A stretch of 60,275 nt of DNA, filler included, from Sphacelaria rigidula (lineage: Eukaryota): the NCBI GenBank assembly GCA_964200075.2. It is 4 parts of 4 records of this genome, joined end to end, with 100 filler letters (N's around TTAATTAATTAA, not from the genome) between each part and the next. Parts side by side here need not be neighbours in the genome. Positions count along the whole stretch, not along the records: positions 30,191 to 45,183 come from CAXNAA020001958.1; positions 45,284 to 60,275 come from CAXNAA020001959.1; 2 more parts are not named here. One strand, given 5' to 3'. The position numbers and the translations under genes were made by a program. Positions 34,601 to 46,068 of this stretch are shown one piece after another. How positions within the stretch are numbered: the stretch's first letter is position 1; the number at the start of each line of letters is the position of its first letter. Under the pieces are notes generated by a model, which was not told the origin of the DNA, did no database searches, and saw nothing but the letters and a program-made list of their open reading frames with translations.

Positions 34601-37600
34601 TCCTGCCTCGTAGAAATTACCGCTGGGTCTGCCTTGAAAATGGACTACTGCTGCTCACATATTACCTGTGGTATACCGTAGTCGGGGAGGGTGTCTTCAA
34701 GTACTGCTTTCAGGAAGCGGGGAGGGAAAGGAAAACTCGCGTGCATGTCGTATGGTTGGAATGGTTAGAGACTGTTGCATCACAACATTGTCCACCATGC
34801 GTAGCATGACGTGTTTTGCAGTCATACTCGCACCGCATCGATATTTATTCTCGTCTGTCACATCCACAACGCGACATCATATATACGGAGTAATGTATAA
34901 TATGAGCTGCTAACATACAACACGGAGCTTTATCGATACGCGAGTGCAATCTGGGTACTACTTTCATTTTTTCTTGCCCGACAGGTCTCAGGCGAGCATG
35001 TTTCATATTTGAGAGTGCTTCGAAGTAAAGTACAAAGTACAGCGGTAGTGCAAAAAGGCGGGGTGCTCGAGTACCGATGCAGCAGGTTGGATAAAATATT
35101 GAACACAAGACTGCTGTGTTGCTGCTGTGGGCTCGCGTATGCGTGCTCGTGTGCCCTACATTGTTACACGTCAAAATTCAGGCGATGTTTGGCTCATGTG
35201 CTGCTTAATTTATATCGAAAAAATCAACCCATCATGATTAGTTGATTCAATTGACGTGTTGTTGATTAGTTAATCCACTAATCATGATTAAATCAAGGCG
35301 ATCTGGAAGAAAAAATCAAGTATCAAACCAACCCCTCAAAACGGTTGATATACAACCCTATTCAGGAAGTGTTTTTTTACTTCCTGAAATCACTTCGACA
35401 AAAGTGTTTTTTTTTGTACTTTTTGGAGGGGGGTGGTATCGCAGCAACCACTCATCGGCCATTTATTGCAAAAGCGATTCCTTGGAAAGTGATGATCACT
35501 TCTGATAAGACCCCGCCTCACGGCTATCAACATGGTCACTTCGTTCCCCTACTCGTGCAGGTGGACTACCTCAGTGTCTTATCGTATTTCTTATTTTGGT
35601 CAGAACTATTCAACCATAAGAGTACATGGGTAAAAATAAAGTGTTTTGTGCTCTGCTCGTAGTCTGTACCGCCGGCCTGACCCCTCATGTGTTGCCAGCA
35701 GGGCTTCACACTTTAGTGTCGTTGTAGAACACTAACCAGAGGCATCAGCAGCATGCACTAGATCATGTTCAGCGGAGAGCGATGGCACGCTGACTGCTTC
35801 TTGCCCTTGTATCCAGCGGAGATATATAGCACATACTGACTCTGAACGCAAGAGACTGCAGGGTCAAAACCGGTCAGGGTCTCTCCGGGACAATTTCCTA
35901 GACAGATGCCCGGCATCTACATGATGATGAAAAAAGGCGTCTTGTGTAGCGAGGAAATGTGGCATAGTTCATCTCAGTCCACCTGCGGAGGGGGTCGATG
36001 TCTAAGGGTTAACGCTTTACCCACCACGGCGAAAAATGACCGTGTGTGGACGTACAGGTAGTATGCCACGATCATGATTGTTCAGTTGAGACTGAATCAA
36101 TCACATGGACACGATGTCCACCGACCGACGAAGAACGACCAAAAAGCAGCCTCAATGGATGAACTATCGAGAGGGGAAAAGAGCCCGCTCTGGTGATGCA
36201 CCTGCTGTAAACCGTGCACACCCTGGACAACGGATTACATTGTCAAAAAAATGTACTCCATACAGTATGGAATCTGTTGTCTATTCCAATAGACGCAGTA
36301 ATCTTCACTGTACGCAGTACACTTTTCATCCATTCTCCAGGGTGTGAAACCGTGTGTAAGTACACGGTTAACCCTTCGACAGCGATAATAGGTTATCTGT
36401 TGAATCAGAAGTAATTCCACTTGGAACGAATATACATGATCCAGATGGGCTACCCTCGCGGTCTAAGGGTTTAGACCACATTGGTTTCAGCCAAGTAGGT
36501 TGAAAGTGATGTATTTGATATTAGTGAGGGCAAAGGAATGATCGCCACCGGCCGCTTCTGAGCCCCCCCCCCAACGAGCGGTGACTCTTCACAGAAAACC
36601 TCACGAGCCCACTTATATCGGCATATTTCCTTGCACAGCAAAACAGCACGTGTACCAACGATGAAAAGGGCGACCAAGCGCGCAAAGAGTAGCTGACCCA
36701 GTCACGTCTCGTCTAGTTCACCCTCCACCGCGAGAAGCTGGTGAGACACCCACGAGACAGTGTAAACCGCGGCTGTTCTGGAAGTGGCGCAGAAAATGAA
36801 GCAACTCGTTCGAGGCTGTCATCTGCATGCAAGATAATCATCACGATTTGGACCGAACAATCTTGGCAATCTGCAGCTCGCCCATGGTGCGATTTGCCGA
36901 ACACATCACGGCGCTTGACGCTTGGTGATTGATTGCGAGCCTGGTCCCGTAAAAACCCGGCGTGGTCCGTCCCAGCTTCGTACGGATGCGAGGTCAGTGG
37001 TCGTGTGACCACGGCATGCAAGATCATGAGTTCACCGCAAAAAGCCGGTGGTGGCAGCGTACGCAGTAGGTGGCGTGACGGCTACCTACTTCTGTAACGT
37101 TTGTCAGCAACTGCCCTTGGCGCATGCGATAACTCCTTGACTTTAAACTGCAAAATTCCAAGTACTTGGGTCATTTATTTGTTCGTTTTTATCATTAGTA
37201 GTATTGGGCAATCATCAATCACTTGGATTGTGTACTATCAAACATAGTTACTTGGATACAGTGCGTTCACTAACCCCTTACTAGTGCAAGTACAATATCG
37301 ACGTACGCACGCTGTACGATGACCCTACGCAGAGGGGGTGCATGACGTTCCCCATATACCGCCTTCATTGCCAATCCCCGCCCCCCCTCTCTAAAAGCAC
37401 TAAATTTCAACTTTTGGGGTCACGGTGTCATTTTTAAACTTCATGGATGCCCTCGGTCCACATCCTCCGTAACTATCCTTTTTCCGTTTTCGGAAGCCAG
37501 GACACCGTGGGCAATGACAACAGGTTAGAGTAAAAAAAGTGCACTGCATACAGCGTCGACTGTTGCGTCTATTGCAATAGACAATAGATTATATACTGTA

Positions 37601-40600
37601 CGCAGTACACTTGTGATGGCGTGATCTATTGTCCACAGTGTGAAAACCAGCACAAAAAGGTACAGCCAGTGTTGAAGGCGGGGTGTGCACTAAACTTAAG
37701 TCGAATACGCTTTGACTTATGGTATTGGTGAGGTTGACCAACTTCTGCCGCGTTGCTTCAATTTATGGATGTATTCCCGTCAAACCCTCGCAATGGGCAA
37801 CTCATGGTCGCACATTGCGTACATATCTTCGCTTGTTCCAGGAGACTTGATAGTGTAAGGAATGCCTCCATCTGATGCCCGTACAGCGGTGTTTAGAACG
37901 TGGCTGCCTAAGCGCAGTTCTCCCTAAATTCAAGTCAAGTAGACCTCTTATAATAGGCCTTTTTCTCGGCGATATATCGAGCTTCAACCGAGGTGTTTGG
38001 TTGACGAGGTGTGTGCAAATTCAAATATTTTGCAAAAGAACGACGATTGTTCCAAGATTATCTGCGTCGCGTTCGTGAGGTAGGAAGCGGTGTAGCCAAG
38101 AGCAGCAGTATTTCGCAACATCACGGAGCTGTGCCGCTCAGCGGGGGGGGGGGTGATGAAACACCAAAGCACGGACAAACTCCGTCTGGGTTCCGACCAG
38201 TGTGCAACCCCAGCTTCTCGTTCGTTGACATTTTCGCTCGACCAAAATATTGCGGGTCTTGTTTACAAAAAAATTCCATTGTCCATTTTTTCCTTTTCTA
38301 GTTCATTCATTGCTCTACCTCCGAAAACCCGAGTTTTTGGACCATGTACGGTCGATAACACCCCCTGGACAAACGGGGTTTTACTCCCCGATGTTTTATC
38401 AGCACAAGACTGAGAAATGTGTCCTGAGCGCAACCTGTTTCTTTCAGCGGCTGCCGACTCTCTTTCGAGTGAAGATGACAAGTCATATGCGATAGTCCCG
38501 AGTAAGTGAATCTAATCTACACGCACGTCGGGCGAATAACGTCGTGATTCATTCGTCCACATCTACCTTCTTCACGACTCTTGTCATTCATTTTATCCAA
38601 GGACGGTCATTCTTGCACGTTTTAGACTCGTGATTCGCGCACTATATAGAACGAACATATTCCCGCTCGTCCTTCACGCGGTGCGTTTACCCATCTGTGC
38701 ATCTGTAATTCATACGGTACGAATCATGCGTACATATTCCCACTTGCGATTCATGTAGCACGAATCATGCGTACATGTTTCCCACTGTTTATCCATGCGG
38801 CATGTATCATACGTACGCATTTCCCACTTGTGATTATGTTGTTGTGTTGTCGTCCCATTTATTCTGGGCACCAGTCTACACTTTCGGTATATGTGGGTGC
38901 ATCAGCCGGGGTCACACAGGAGGAAGGTCAATACAGGAGCTTTTTCTTTTTTTGTATCAAATTTTACACCATCCCGACCATTTCATGCGCCAGACCCTCC
39001 GCTGTGCTACATGCTTGGGTTGGTTTTCCGCACCCTCAGTTCGTGCGGCGTGACTTCTGTGCATTTTTACCTGACCTGTGACTGATGAAGCACATGTTCA
39101 CATACGGTATACAGTATATATTATATGCTAACCCTTTTGGAACCGTTGATGGGAAAGTGACGATTCACAAACTCCCATATGCGAGCTTTCGTCTCCGGGG
39201 AAACGTCCCTTCGAGTTCGGTGCAAGAATCTGTCACATTTGTGTACTTGAAGTGAGAGTAGTGCACGGGTTTTGGCGGGCTGCATCAACACTTGCAAGAA
39301 AACGACCCTATCTTGCCCGAGAAAACGTCAAGTGTAAATCGTCTTTTTTCCATCAACGGTTCCAAAAGGCTTAAATTGCACTTGTCTGCAGGAGACGTGT
39401 CTGTTCGTCTTTTTGACTCGAATGGCTGAGTTCGACACTTTGACCACGAGGGTGGGTTATTAGTCGGATTGGCGTCATTTTCACGCAAAAATATGAATTG
39501 GTGAACCAGACGACTCACCAGGGCGGCCTAGGGGTCATGACGCGAGAGTTGGACAGTGTCAATCACACGTGAAGTGAGTTCTTCGCTGTTCGCCCAAACC
39601 AAATTGTATGATTCCTTCAAGAATTGGAGTTTGCTGTCTCTTCCCAGCAGTGATTCACTTGGCATGAATCGAGCGAAAATTCTTCCCACCTGCCATTTAC
39701 GCGGCATGAATTAAGCGTGTACATCTTTCTCACGTGCCGTTCATATGGCATAAATTAGGCGTACATCATCTTGCTCAACCGCCATTTATGCAGCATGGAC
39801 TAAGCACAGATGTTTCTCACCTGCACTCATGCGGCATGAATCACGCGTAGATGATTCCCAACTGTCATTCATACAGCTATTCGTAAGACATGTATCGAGC
39901 GTACATGTCCTTCACCAGCAATTCATATGGCATGAATCATACGTACATATTCCCCAGTTGCGATTCATGCGGTACGAATCAGGTTGACCTCCCCCCACAC
40001 AGTGATTCGTGCAAGACTTTGATACGTGCACGTTTTTTTTCGCTTAATAATTGTATTTCTAATCTGGGAATTCGGTCATGATGACTATTCGACACGTGAA
40101 TCGCACTCGACAGTCGGAACGAGTCAAGACAACATCTTCGCGAGATTGAGAGTATAGCTCCTGATTGAGACTCGGCTGTTCAGCTGTTTGTTGAATCGGC
40201 ATCATCTTCAGTTGAAGCATTCAAGTGTCGGACAAATCATCGCTGGTTCGAATCGCCCAGTCTACAATTCCCAAGGTCTGATTGATTGCTCGAAACAGAC
40301 GAAAAACATGACGGGCGGATCGGGAAGAGTCTTCACGCAGTTTTTGTGCTATTCCGCGTGCCTGGGGTGCGCGAATCTGGGTTGTAGCGCCAAAAACACA
40401 GCCCAAGGATTGATTCGCACCGTACACATCAATTTCACAAAAAAGCAAGTAATTCTCAGACGAATCATCATTCGTGTAACCCTTGGAAATGTGACTGCGC
40501 GATCCTGATTATCAATCCTGGTGGTCATTCCGAATAGTCAGTCGTTCGATATAAAGTCCGACAGCAAGCAAACGCCGACATGCGATTCTATGAAATCGCG

Positions 40601-43600
40601 ACGGATTACTACGCTACACGCGCTTCCCACGTATTGATCGCAAGAATATTTTTGGAGTGCATGGCAACATGTGCAATCTGTAATCGTGAAGTGCCCGATG
40701 TAAAGCGGCACATTCATGAGAGGAATGTTCCGACGGTTGCTCTTGCCCGTTCACTTCAGCGTTACTTCAACAAAAACGGATATCTCCCTGTTATTACTCA
40801 TACAGCTCACGATTCTTGATCTACACGTGTTCCGCAACGTCATTCGAATGAAGCCTTTGACCTGTACGATACGTGATTGTGGAATCGGCATCACTACACC
40901 TGACATTCAGCAATATCCGTGTTAAAACCATTAGCAGGAGGTTAGTTCACCGACGTTGGGCCACAAATGTCCATGGTTGACACGATTTTACAGCTATCGC
41001 TACCCCTAACCCTAGCCCCAACCCAGCGCATACCGAGAGCCATCGGGCAAGGGCGACGCATGCATTCCCTAGGCAAAGTGCGGTCTTGGTAGACCCCAAA
41101 TCGGCGCCTGTGGCGCCGATTTCAATGAAAACGCATTCTGCGCACGCGAGGAGCACACGGGACTGTCAGCCCTACTAAACTTCCGATTCTCGTTGTACAC
41201 ACTCAAATCAAGTAATATCAACCATGGACACTTGCAGCCCAACGCCGGTAAACTCTACTGATTAACAGGGAAACGCTACTGATTCACAGGGATATTGAAG
41301 TCAGGGGCAGTAAGCAAAAAGGGGTAGCAGAAGAGTAAACAAGAGGCACGTCCGAAGTATGCTGGAAATTACGGGTGTACCCTCCACGAGCGTCGACAAA
41401 AAAGTACACCACGCCTCAAGCGAAACCTTGCTTTGTTAAACCACTCGTGCTGTTTATTGCTGCTTCGAGGGTCGGCATTGGCGCGTTTTCGGGTGAAATT
41501 GGAAAACACACGGTCACCGTTCCTCCAATACAACGGATTTCGGTTAAACAAGGACTTTGCATAGATGAGTAAGGGCTTGGGGTGGAGGTGATGCACGTTA
41601 GTAGTGGGTATCTGTGCGTATATTTTCAGGCGCGGTACGTAAGCGATGTGATTCCTTGTTGCGTCTTTTCTGTACTAGCGCAGGTGTGTTCAATCAAGGA
41701 CCGCTGCTAAAATAGCCACCTTCTTGAACCTGCGCGCAGATCTGATTAGTATTTGAACAGGAAAAAAAGTTCTCGGTCAGACGGAAAGTTGTCGTTGTGC
41801 GTACAAACCTGTTTGCGAATTGCTCAAGCGAACAAACTTCACCTGTTTCTATCGGAAACGGCATTTTTCGCATGATGAGCAATATCATTTGAATTTGATA
41901 CAAATATGCCTGTTCGAGCCGAAGTGTTAGGGGGCCCACACCTTCTCTTTGCTGCCTTCCACAAAGCTCCCGTCCGTTTCCAATCCCTTCCTATTTTGGC
42001 CCGCTCCCGCCCCGTCCTTACGACACGTCCGTGGCGGTTCTCCGTCGTACTTCACGAGACGTGACAATGAAATGCCGAAGAAGAATTCTGAGCCAGTTTC
42101 GCCGCTCCCCGCTGTTCAGTTGACCACACTCTACCCTCACAGTAAAGTGGTTAGTGCTGTCTTGGTCATAGTTTCGCCGCTCAGTCGCTCGTTACAGCAC
42201 TGGCTTTTCGATTTCGTCGTCTGTGTCACTGATTGTTGTTGTTATTATTTGGCTCGGTCACTGTCGTGATCGTCTTTTCTTGTGAACAACGCCATTCCGT
42301 TTTTGCTCGTGCATCGAATGTGGCCGCCGCGCCCCGGTGGTGTAATGGTCCGACTGTCGCCATTAGGGTGGAAAGAACGGGGGTTCGATTCCCGATGCGT
42401 TGGGTTTTTTCTTCGTAATGTATGATTTCCACCGTGGAAAGCGTGAGGACTTGAGTAAACAAAAGCGGTCAACTGCGTTTGTGTGACGTGAGTTAACGCG
42501 GTGCGGGAGTGTTGGTGCTGACCCAATCCGCGACATCAAAATGTAAGGCACGTACCGGGGAAGATGGGTTGATCCCTTGAGACCACGGACTCATCCCGAG
42601 GAAGGGGAGGGGTTCAAAGTGTGTGAGAAAAAAAAAAATCGAAGCATCGTCAACCAAAACTACGCTCTCAGCGCATGTGTTTCGGGTTGTCGTCACACCC
42701 TTTCCGGTGATTGGGGAGGAATCTCACGGGACGGCATTAATTCTTCCCGTGCGAACAAGACGTAACAGTGATCCCCATCCCGTCGTTTTCTATGCGGGGA
42801 AAATCGTTCCGACATTATGGGATGAAGACCGGAGCTTTTTCCTTTCCTGTGTACGAAGTACGTAAACTCGTATCCAGCTTGATAAGTAAACCGAGTGATG
42901 TTACGTCCCTTCTTCGTGTGTCCGACCTTACTGTTCATGACCTGCTGATGTTTCCTTCGCCGCAACAACCGATTTCTCCCTTTTGTTCTCGTCCTTTTTT
43001 CTTAGAACCAAGGCATTCGAGTGGTGACCTTCGACAACATTTCCGACGCGACCACCGCGCACGCTGCATTGCCTTCGGAGCTAGCTGCAAACCTAGGGCG
43101 AAGCGTCCGCGTCTACTACGTCACACCCGCGCCCTTCCATGTGAGCTGACCGCCGGTAGTGTACGTCACGACCTTTAGTTTTTGACATCAAGAAAATTCA
43201 CGTCTGTTGAATGTCGGCACGTCGGCGGCGAGATGGACGAGGAATTACAACCTGTAGATTGAAGCGGTCAGCGGCAGTGTAAGTCTTCGAGATGCTGTGC
43301 TGAATCGCTTGAGGCTGTTGAGAAGTTGTGTCCTCCCCGCGGGTGTGGTTTCATGAAGTGCACCGCCAAACTCCAGCCGTCGGTCTGCAAAGAGAAGGCA
43401 TTCAAAGTCCATTTCATGTGCAGCACTGCTTCGATTGACCATGGATTGCTTTCCGCAGACGCACGGCACACACGGCTGAGGGCATCCTTCAAACGACCAT
43501 GAGCCCGTCTGTCCATTGTGGTCCACCTAAATCATCGCGATAGTTTGTTAGGGAAATCAACATGTCCAAGGTGAGCGGGAATATGCTGCGTGCGCAGACA

Positions 43601-44798
43601 AAAAACCGTCAGCACAAAACAGGCGCTACTGCAGTGGCGTGTGCATCAACCTGCTGCTATCTCGGTGTAGAGTGAATCTCCCGAAAATCGACTTCATCGA
43701 CTGTACAGCTGGCTTAGCAGACTCAAGGATAGCTCTATTCACGTCGCAGGAGACACAAACTTGGCGGCATTGTTGGAAAGACGATGGGCTCGCCTGTCCA
43801 CAGCGCTCGGAGTCTACGCGCCACCTGGTTGGAGAGACGTGGATGCACTGGAAATGAAGTGTCTGGGTTCCCAAACCAAAGTGTCTGCCGCAACTCCTGA
43901 GCGTTGGAGCAAAGGATTATGCAGTTAGGGATGAGCATGTCTACATGACTCAAGCACTACATTTGCTGTGTTGTCGGTGGCCAATCCCTGTGTACACCGA
44001 GTTCTGGGGCCCTTTGAAAGTTCACCGAGTACTTGCGTGGCCAGAGAAACTTGATGTCAGAGGCATCTCTGGTGTCGTCACCTTCATTTCGTCGTTTTCT
44101 TGGATTTCGCAGGTGACCGATAGTACGGCCAGTCGTTCAGGATCGCTTGTAAACACTGTGCGCATAACACAAGATGATGCTAGATGCACAGTTCACCTAC
44201 CCAATTCTAGCACACATTCCTGCCGTCCGTGTCGGCTGCTCACAATGAAGTGCGGAAAAGCGAATCGTCTTTCTAATATATCGTCAATCATGGAGTCAAA
44301 ACTGAAACACAGCGATTCCCCGCATCAAAAGTCCAACGGCTTCGCCGCAAGTGTGGTAGACGCACAAGTATGTCCCGTCCATACGTCCCAAGGGTGTATG
44401 CCTTCGGTTTGTGTTGTCTCTTGCTCGTTTGCATGGTTTAATTTTGCTACTGCTGCTGTCACCGCCGCTGCTGCCACCACTCCTACAGCTGTGGTGGCGG
44501 CTTCGGTCTTGCTGTTGAGTGCTATCAACATCGTCCTCATCGTATGTCTCTCGTGTTTATTCCGGCGGCGGCGGCGGCGGCGGCGGCTTCGGGGGGGGGG
44601 TATGTGTTTCTGTTTTTGACGATAGCCGGCAGCGGACACGTTGCAATGTACGTCCGAGACGGCTGATGTGAACATCCCGGGTCTCACCCTGCTTGAACAA
44701 TTCGTGAGCGAGGAGGAGGAAGCAGAGCTATTGCGGCATTTCTTAGTTGCCGACGCCCACTGGACAGGACCCCTTCGCCGACGTGTACAGCACTATGG
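31174..44798 (+). CDS. ALKBH8: ALKBH8-like protein (RRM plus AlkB 2OG-Fe(II) dioxygenase), 5' part only
   Basis: Exons 31174-31335 (PTQHVCVMG...YGAVSDI), 43006-43140 (IRVVTFDNISDATTAHAAL) and 44626-44798 (IPGLTLLEQFVSEEEEAELL...LRRRVQHYG) join in phase 0. The gene continues beyond the contig end. Confidence 0.8.
31625..31865. repeat. Poly-C, low-quality tract around a small N gap
   Basis: C run of about 60 nt plus further C runs flanking Ns at 31764-31773. Confidence 0.9.
32822..35360 (+). mobile_element. Internally deleted hAT-superfamily DNA transposon in ALKBH8 intron 1
   Basis: Perfect 17-bp TIR TAGGGTTGTATATCAAC (32822-32838 / 35344-35360), degenerate 8-bp TSD GGCAGGAA/TTCAGGAA and ATCAA/TTGAT subterminal repeats. 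Frameshifted transposase remnants: BED finger (WKFF...AICNMPGC...TTNLRPHMKNKH), AVTAHWID, and the hAT dimerisation motif WW...LARKYLAVQASSAACERVFS. Confidence 0.9.
38700..40015. repeat. Interrupted minisatellite, unit about 41 bp, with a palindromic core
   Basis: Units resembling GATTCATGCGGCATGAATCATGCGTACATATTCCCACTTGC at 38707-38835 (3 units) and 39651-40010 (about 8 units). Confidence 0.75.
38836..38950 (-). mobile_element. 5'-truncated SINE family A copy
   Basis: Matches the 3' part of family A (GTGGGTGCATCAGCCGGGGTCACACAGGAGGAAGG). Confidence 0.7.
40945..41253. mobile_element. Fold-back/MITE-like element with internal degenerate (CCCTAA)n
   Basis: 36-bp inverted arms 40945-40980 / 41218-41253 (31/36 match); core homologous to the 29207 element. 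Confidence 0.7.
42323..42638 (+). mobile_element. tRNA-derived SINE family B
   Basis: A box TGGTGTAATGG, B box GGTTCGATTCC, a body of about 300 bp and an A-rich tail; homologous to 10678-10976 and 23953-24256. Confidence 0.8.
43245..44434 (-). CDS. Candidate nested antisense gene, about 181 aa, unknown product
   Basis: Seven putative exons 44434-44385, 44301-44201, 44155-44082, 43896-43825, 43700-43651, 43585-43527, 43384-43245. All introns are GT..CAG with compatible phases, and the start context is AAACCATG. No homolog recognised. Confidence 0.45.
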
Positions 44799-45183
44799 GT
44801 AATGTGTACTTTGTTGTGCGGGTAGGCTTTCGCTAGCGGAGGGTCGTGTGCGTAGGTGTTTGAGTAAATTTGGAAAGGGTACAGCATCTGCTTTAGGAAC
44901 GACTCTCGCAAACATGATGCAGCGTTTTTTCCATAGCGCGTACTTCACAGGGTGATGGAACTAACGATCACAAAGGTCATGGGGCTCTTTAAAATGACGG
45001 AAATGACGAATCCCCCGGTCAAATTGTTCGGGCTGGGTACAGGCGCAGCCAATCTATTGGATCCTGCCAGTAACTCGGGTCCGGGGTGAAGCCCCGCCGG
45101 GGGGGGGGGGGGCGTCCTCTCTTTTTTCTTGTTTTCCTTTTTAGACTTTTCAATCGGCATCACTGGCGACGACTGGCAGGGGG

Positions 45184-45283
45184 NNNNNNNNNNNNNNNNN
45201 NNNNNNNNNNNNNNNNNNNNNNNNNNNTTAATTAATTAANNNNNNNNNNNNNNNNNNNNNNNNNNNNNNNNNNNNNNNNNNNN
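45184..45283. other. Artificial contig linker
   Basis: N44-TTAATTAATTAA-N44. Confidence 0.97.
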
Positions 45284-46068
45284 GATGCGTGGTCAATGGT
45301 CAAACGACTAAGGCAAGCAACAAATGAGTACGCCCCCGTAGAGCTCAGATCGTCCAAACACTACGTTCGTGTCATGCCTGCCTCCGTACAATCACTCGAG
45401 AGTCATGCCGCGATAGCTGCCCCCCCCCAGAATAGTGGCTGGTTTGAGAAGCCAAAATCTACATGCGAATCAATTGACAGAAGCCGAGCACACCGAGCAG
45501 CTGGGAATTCCCACCCTTGGGATCTATTTTTCCAATGTTACCCACATGAGGCGCTTGGTGCAGTCTGACACTGGCGATCATGCGCTGCATGGCCATTTCC
45601 TGAGTGACAGCTTCGAGGCTGGTGCTGACTTTGATTGATTAATTGTCGCGCTTTAACTAATCCCCCAGTGATCCAACCATGGTCACACGACAGACGAACC
45701 CGAGACAAGAGAGGCTAGTTCGTGGGAGTGCTATCGCAGGAGCACTCTTGATTATAATATAGAGCAGGACTGCTTACACGTTATCGTCTCGGCATGCTTT
45801 TTCTGTGTGAGCGAGATTTTTGTTTTGGTCACTGCCCGCTCATCTCTCCGCCCTGTGTTAATGCAATCGGGTTAGCACGATCGTAACGCTGAACCCCGAC
45901 ACAAACAGCAACATTACGTTCATGCAGTACCAACACGCACTGGAACCCAAAAGGGTTGAAGTCTCGACAACCATTTCGATGTTTCAAGTTCGTAACTTTC
46001 GTCGTATGTCAGGCACTGAATACTGAAGTACCCTCCCCTATTTTCACCGTTTGGGCTAACCATACTAG

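Noticed and set aside
38700-40015. CRISPR-like array of palindromic repeats
   Set aside because: The sequences between palindromes resemble each other rather than being unique spacers; there are no cas genes and the context is a eukaryotic intron.
42323-42400. tRNA genes here and at 57151, 21595-21625 and 30001-30050
   Set aside because: A/B boxes are present, but no convincing cloverleaf was seen; the first two continue into multi-copy SINE bodies and the others are isolated B-box fragments.
43268-43516. Minus-strand ORF containing FSLQTDGWSLAVHFMKP, reminiscent of the TDG motif of Fanzor1 or a transposase DGW motif
   Set aside because: No downstream RuvC-I (DPG), zinc finger or other catalytic motif was found. 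The same bases read well as a polypyrimidine tract plus CAG acceptor of the nested gene model.
43945-44619. 224-aa plus-strand ORF
   Set aside because: It has no recognisable domain, lies in an ALKBH8 intron and is probably the antisense shadow of the minus-strand candidate plus simple repeats.
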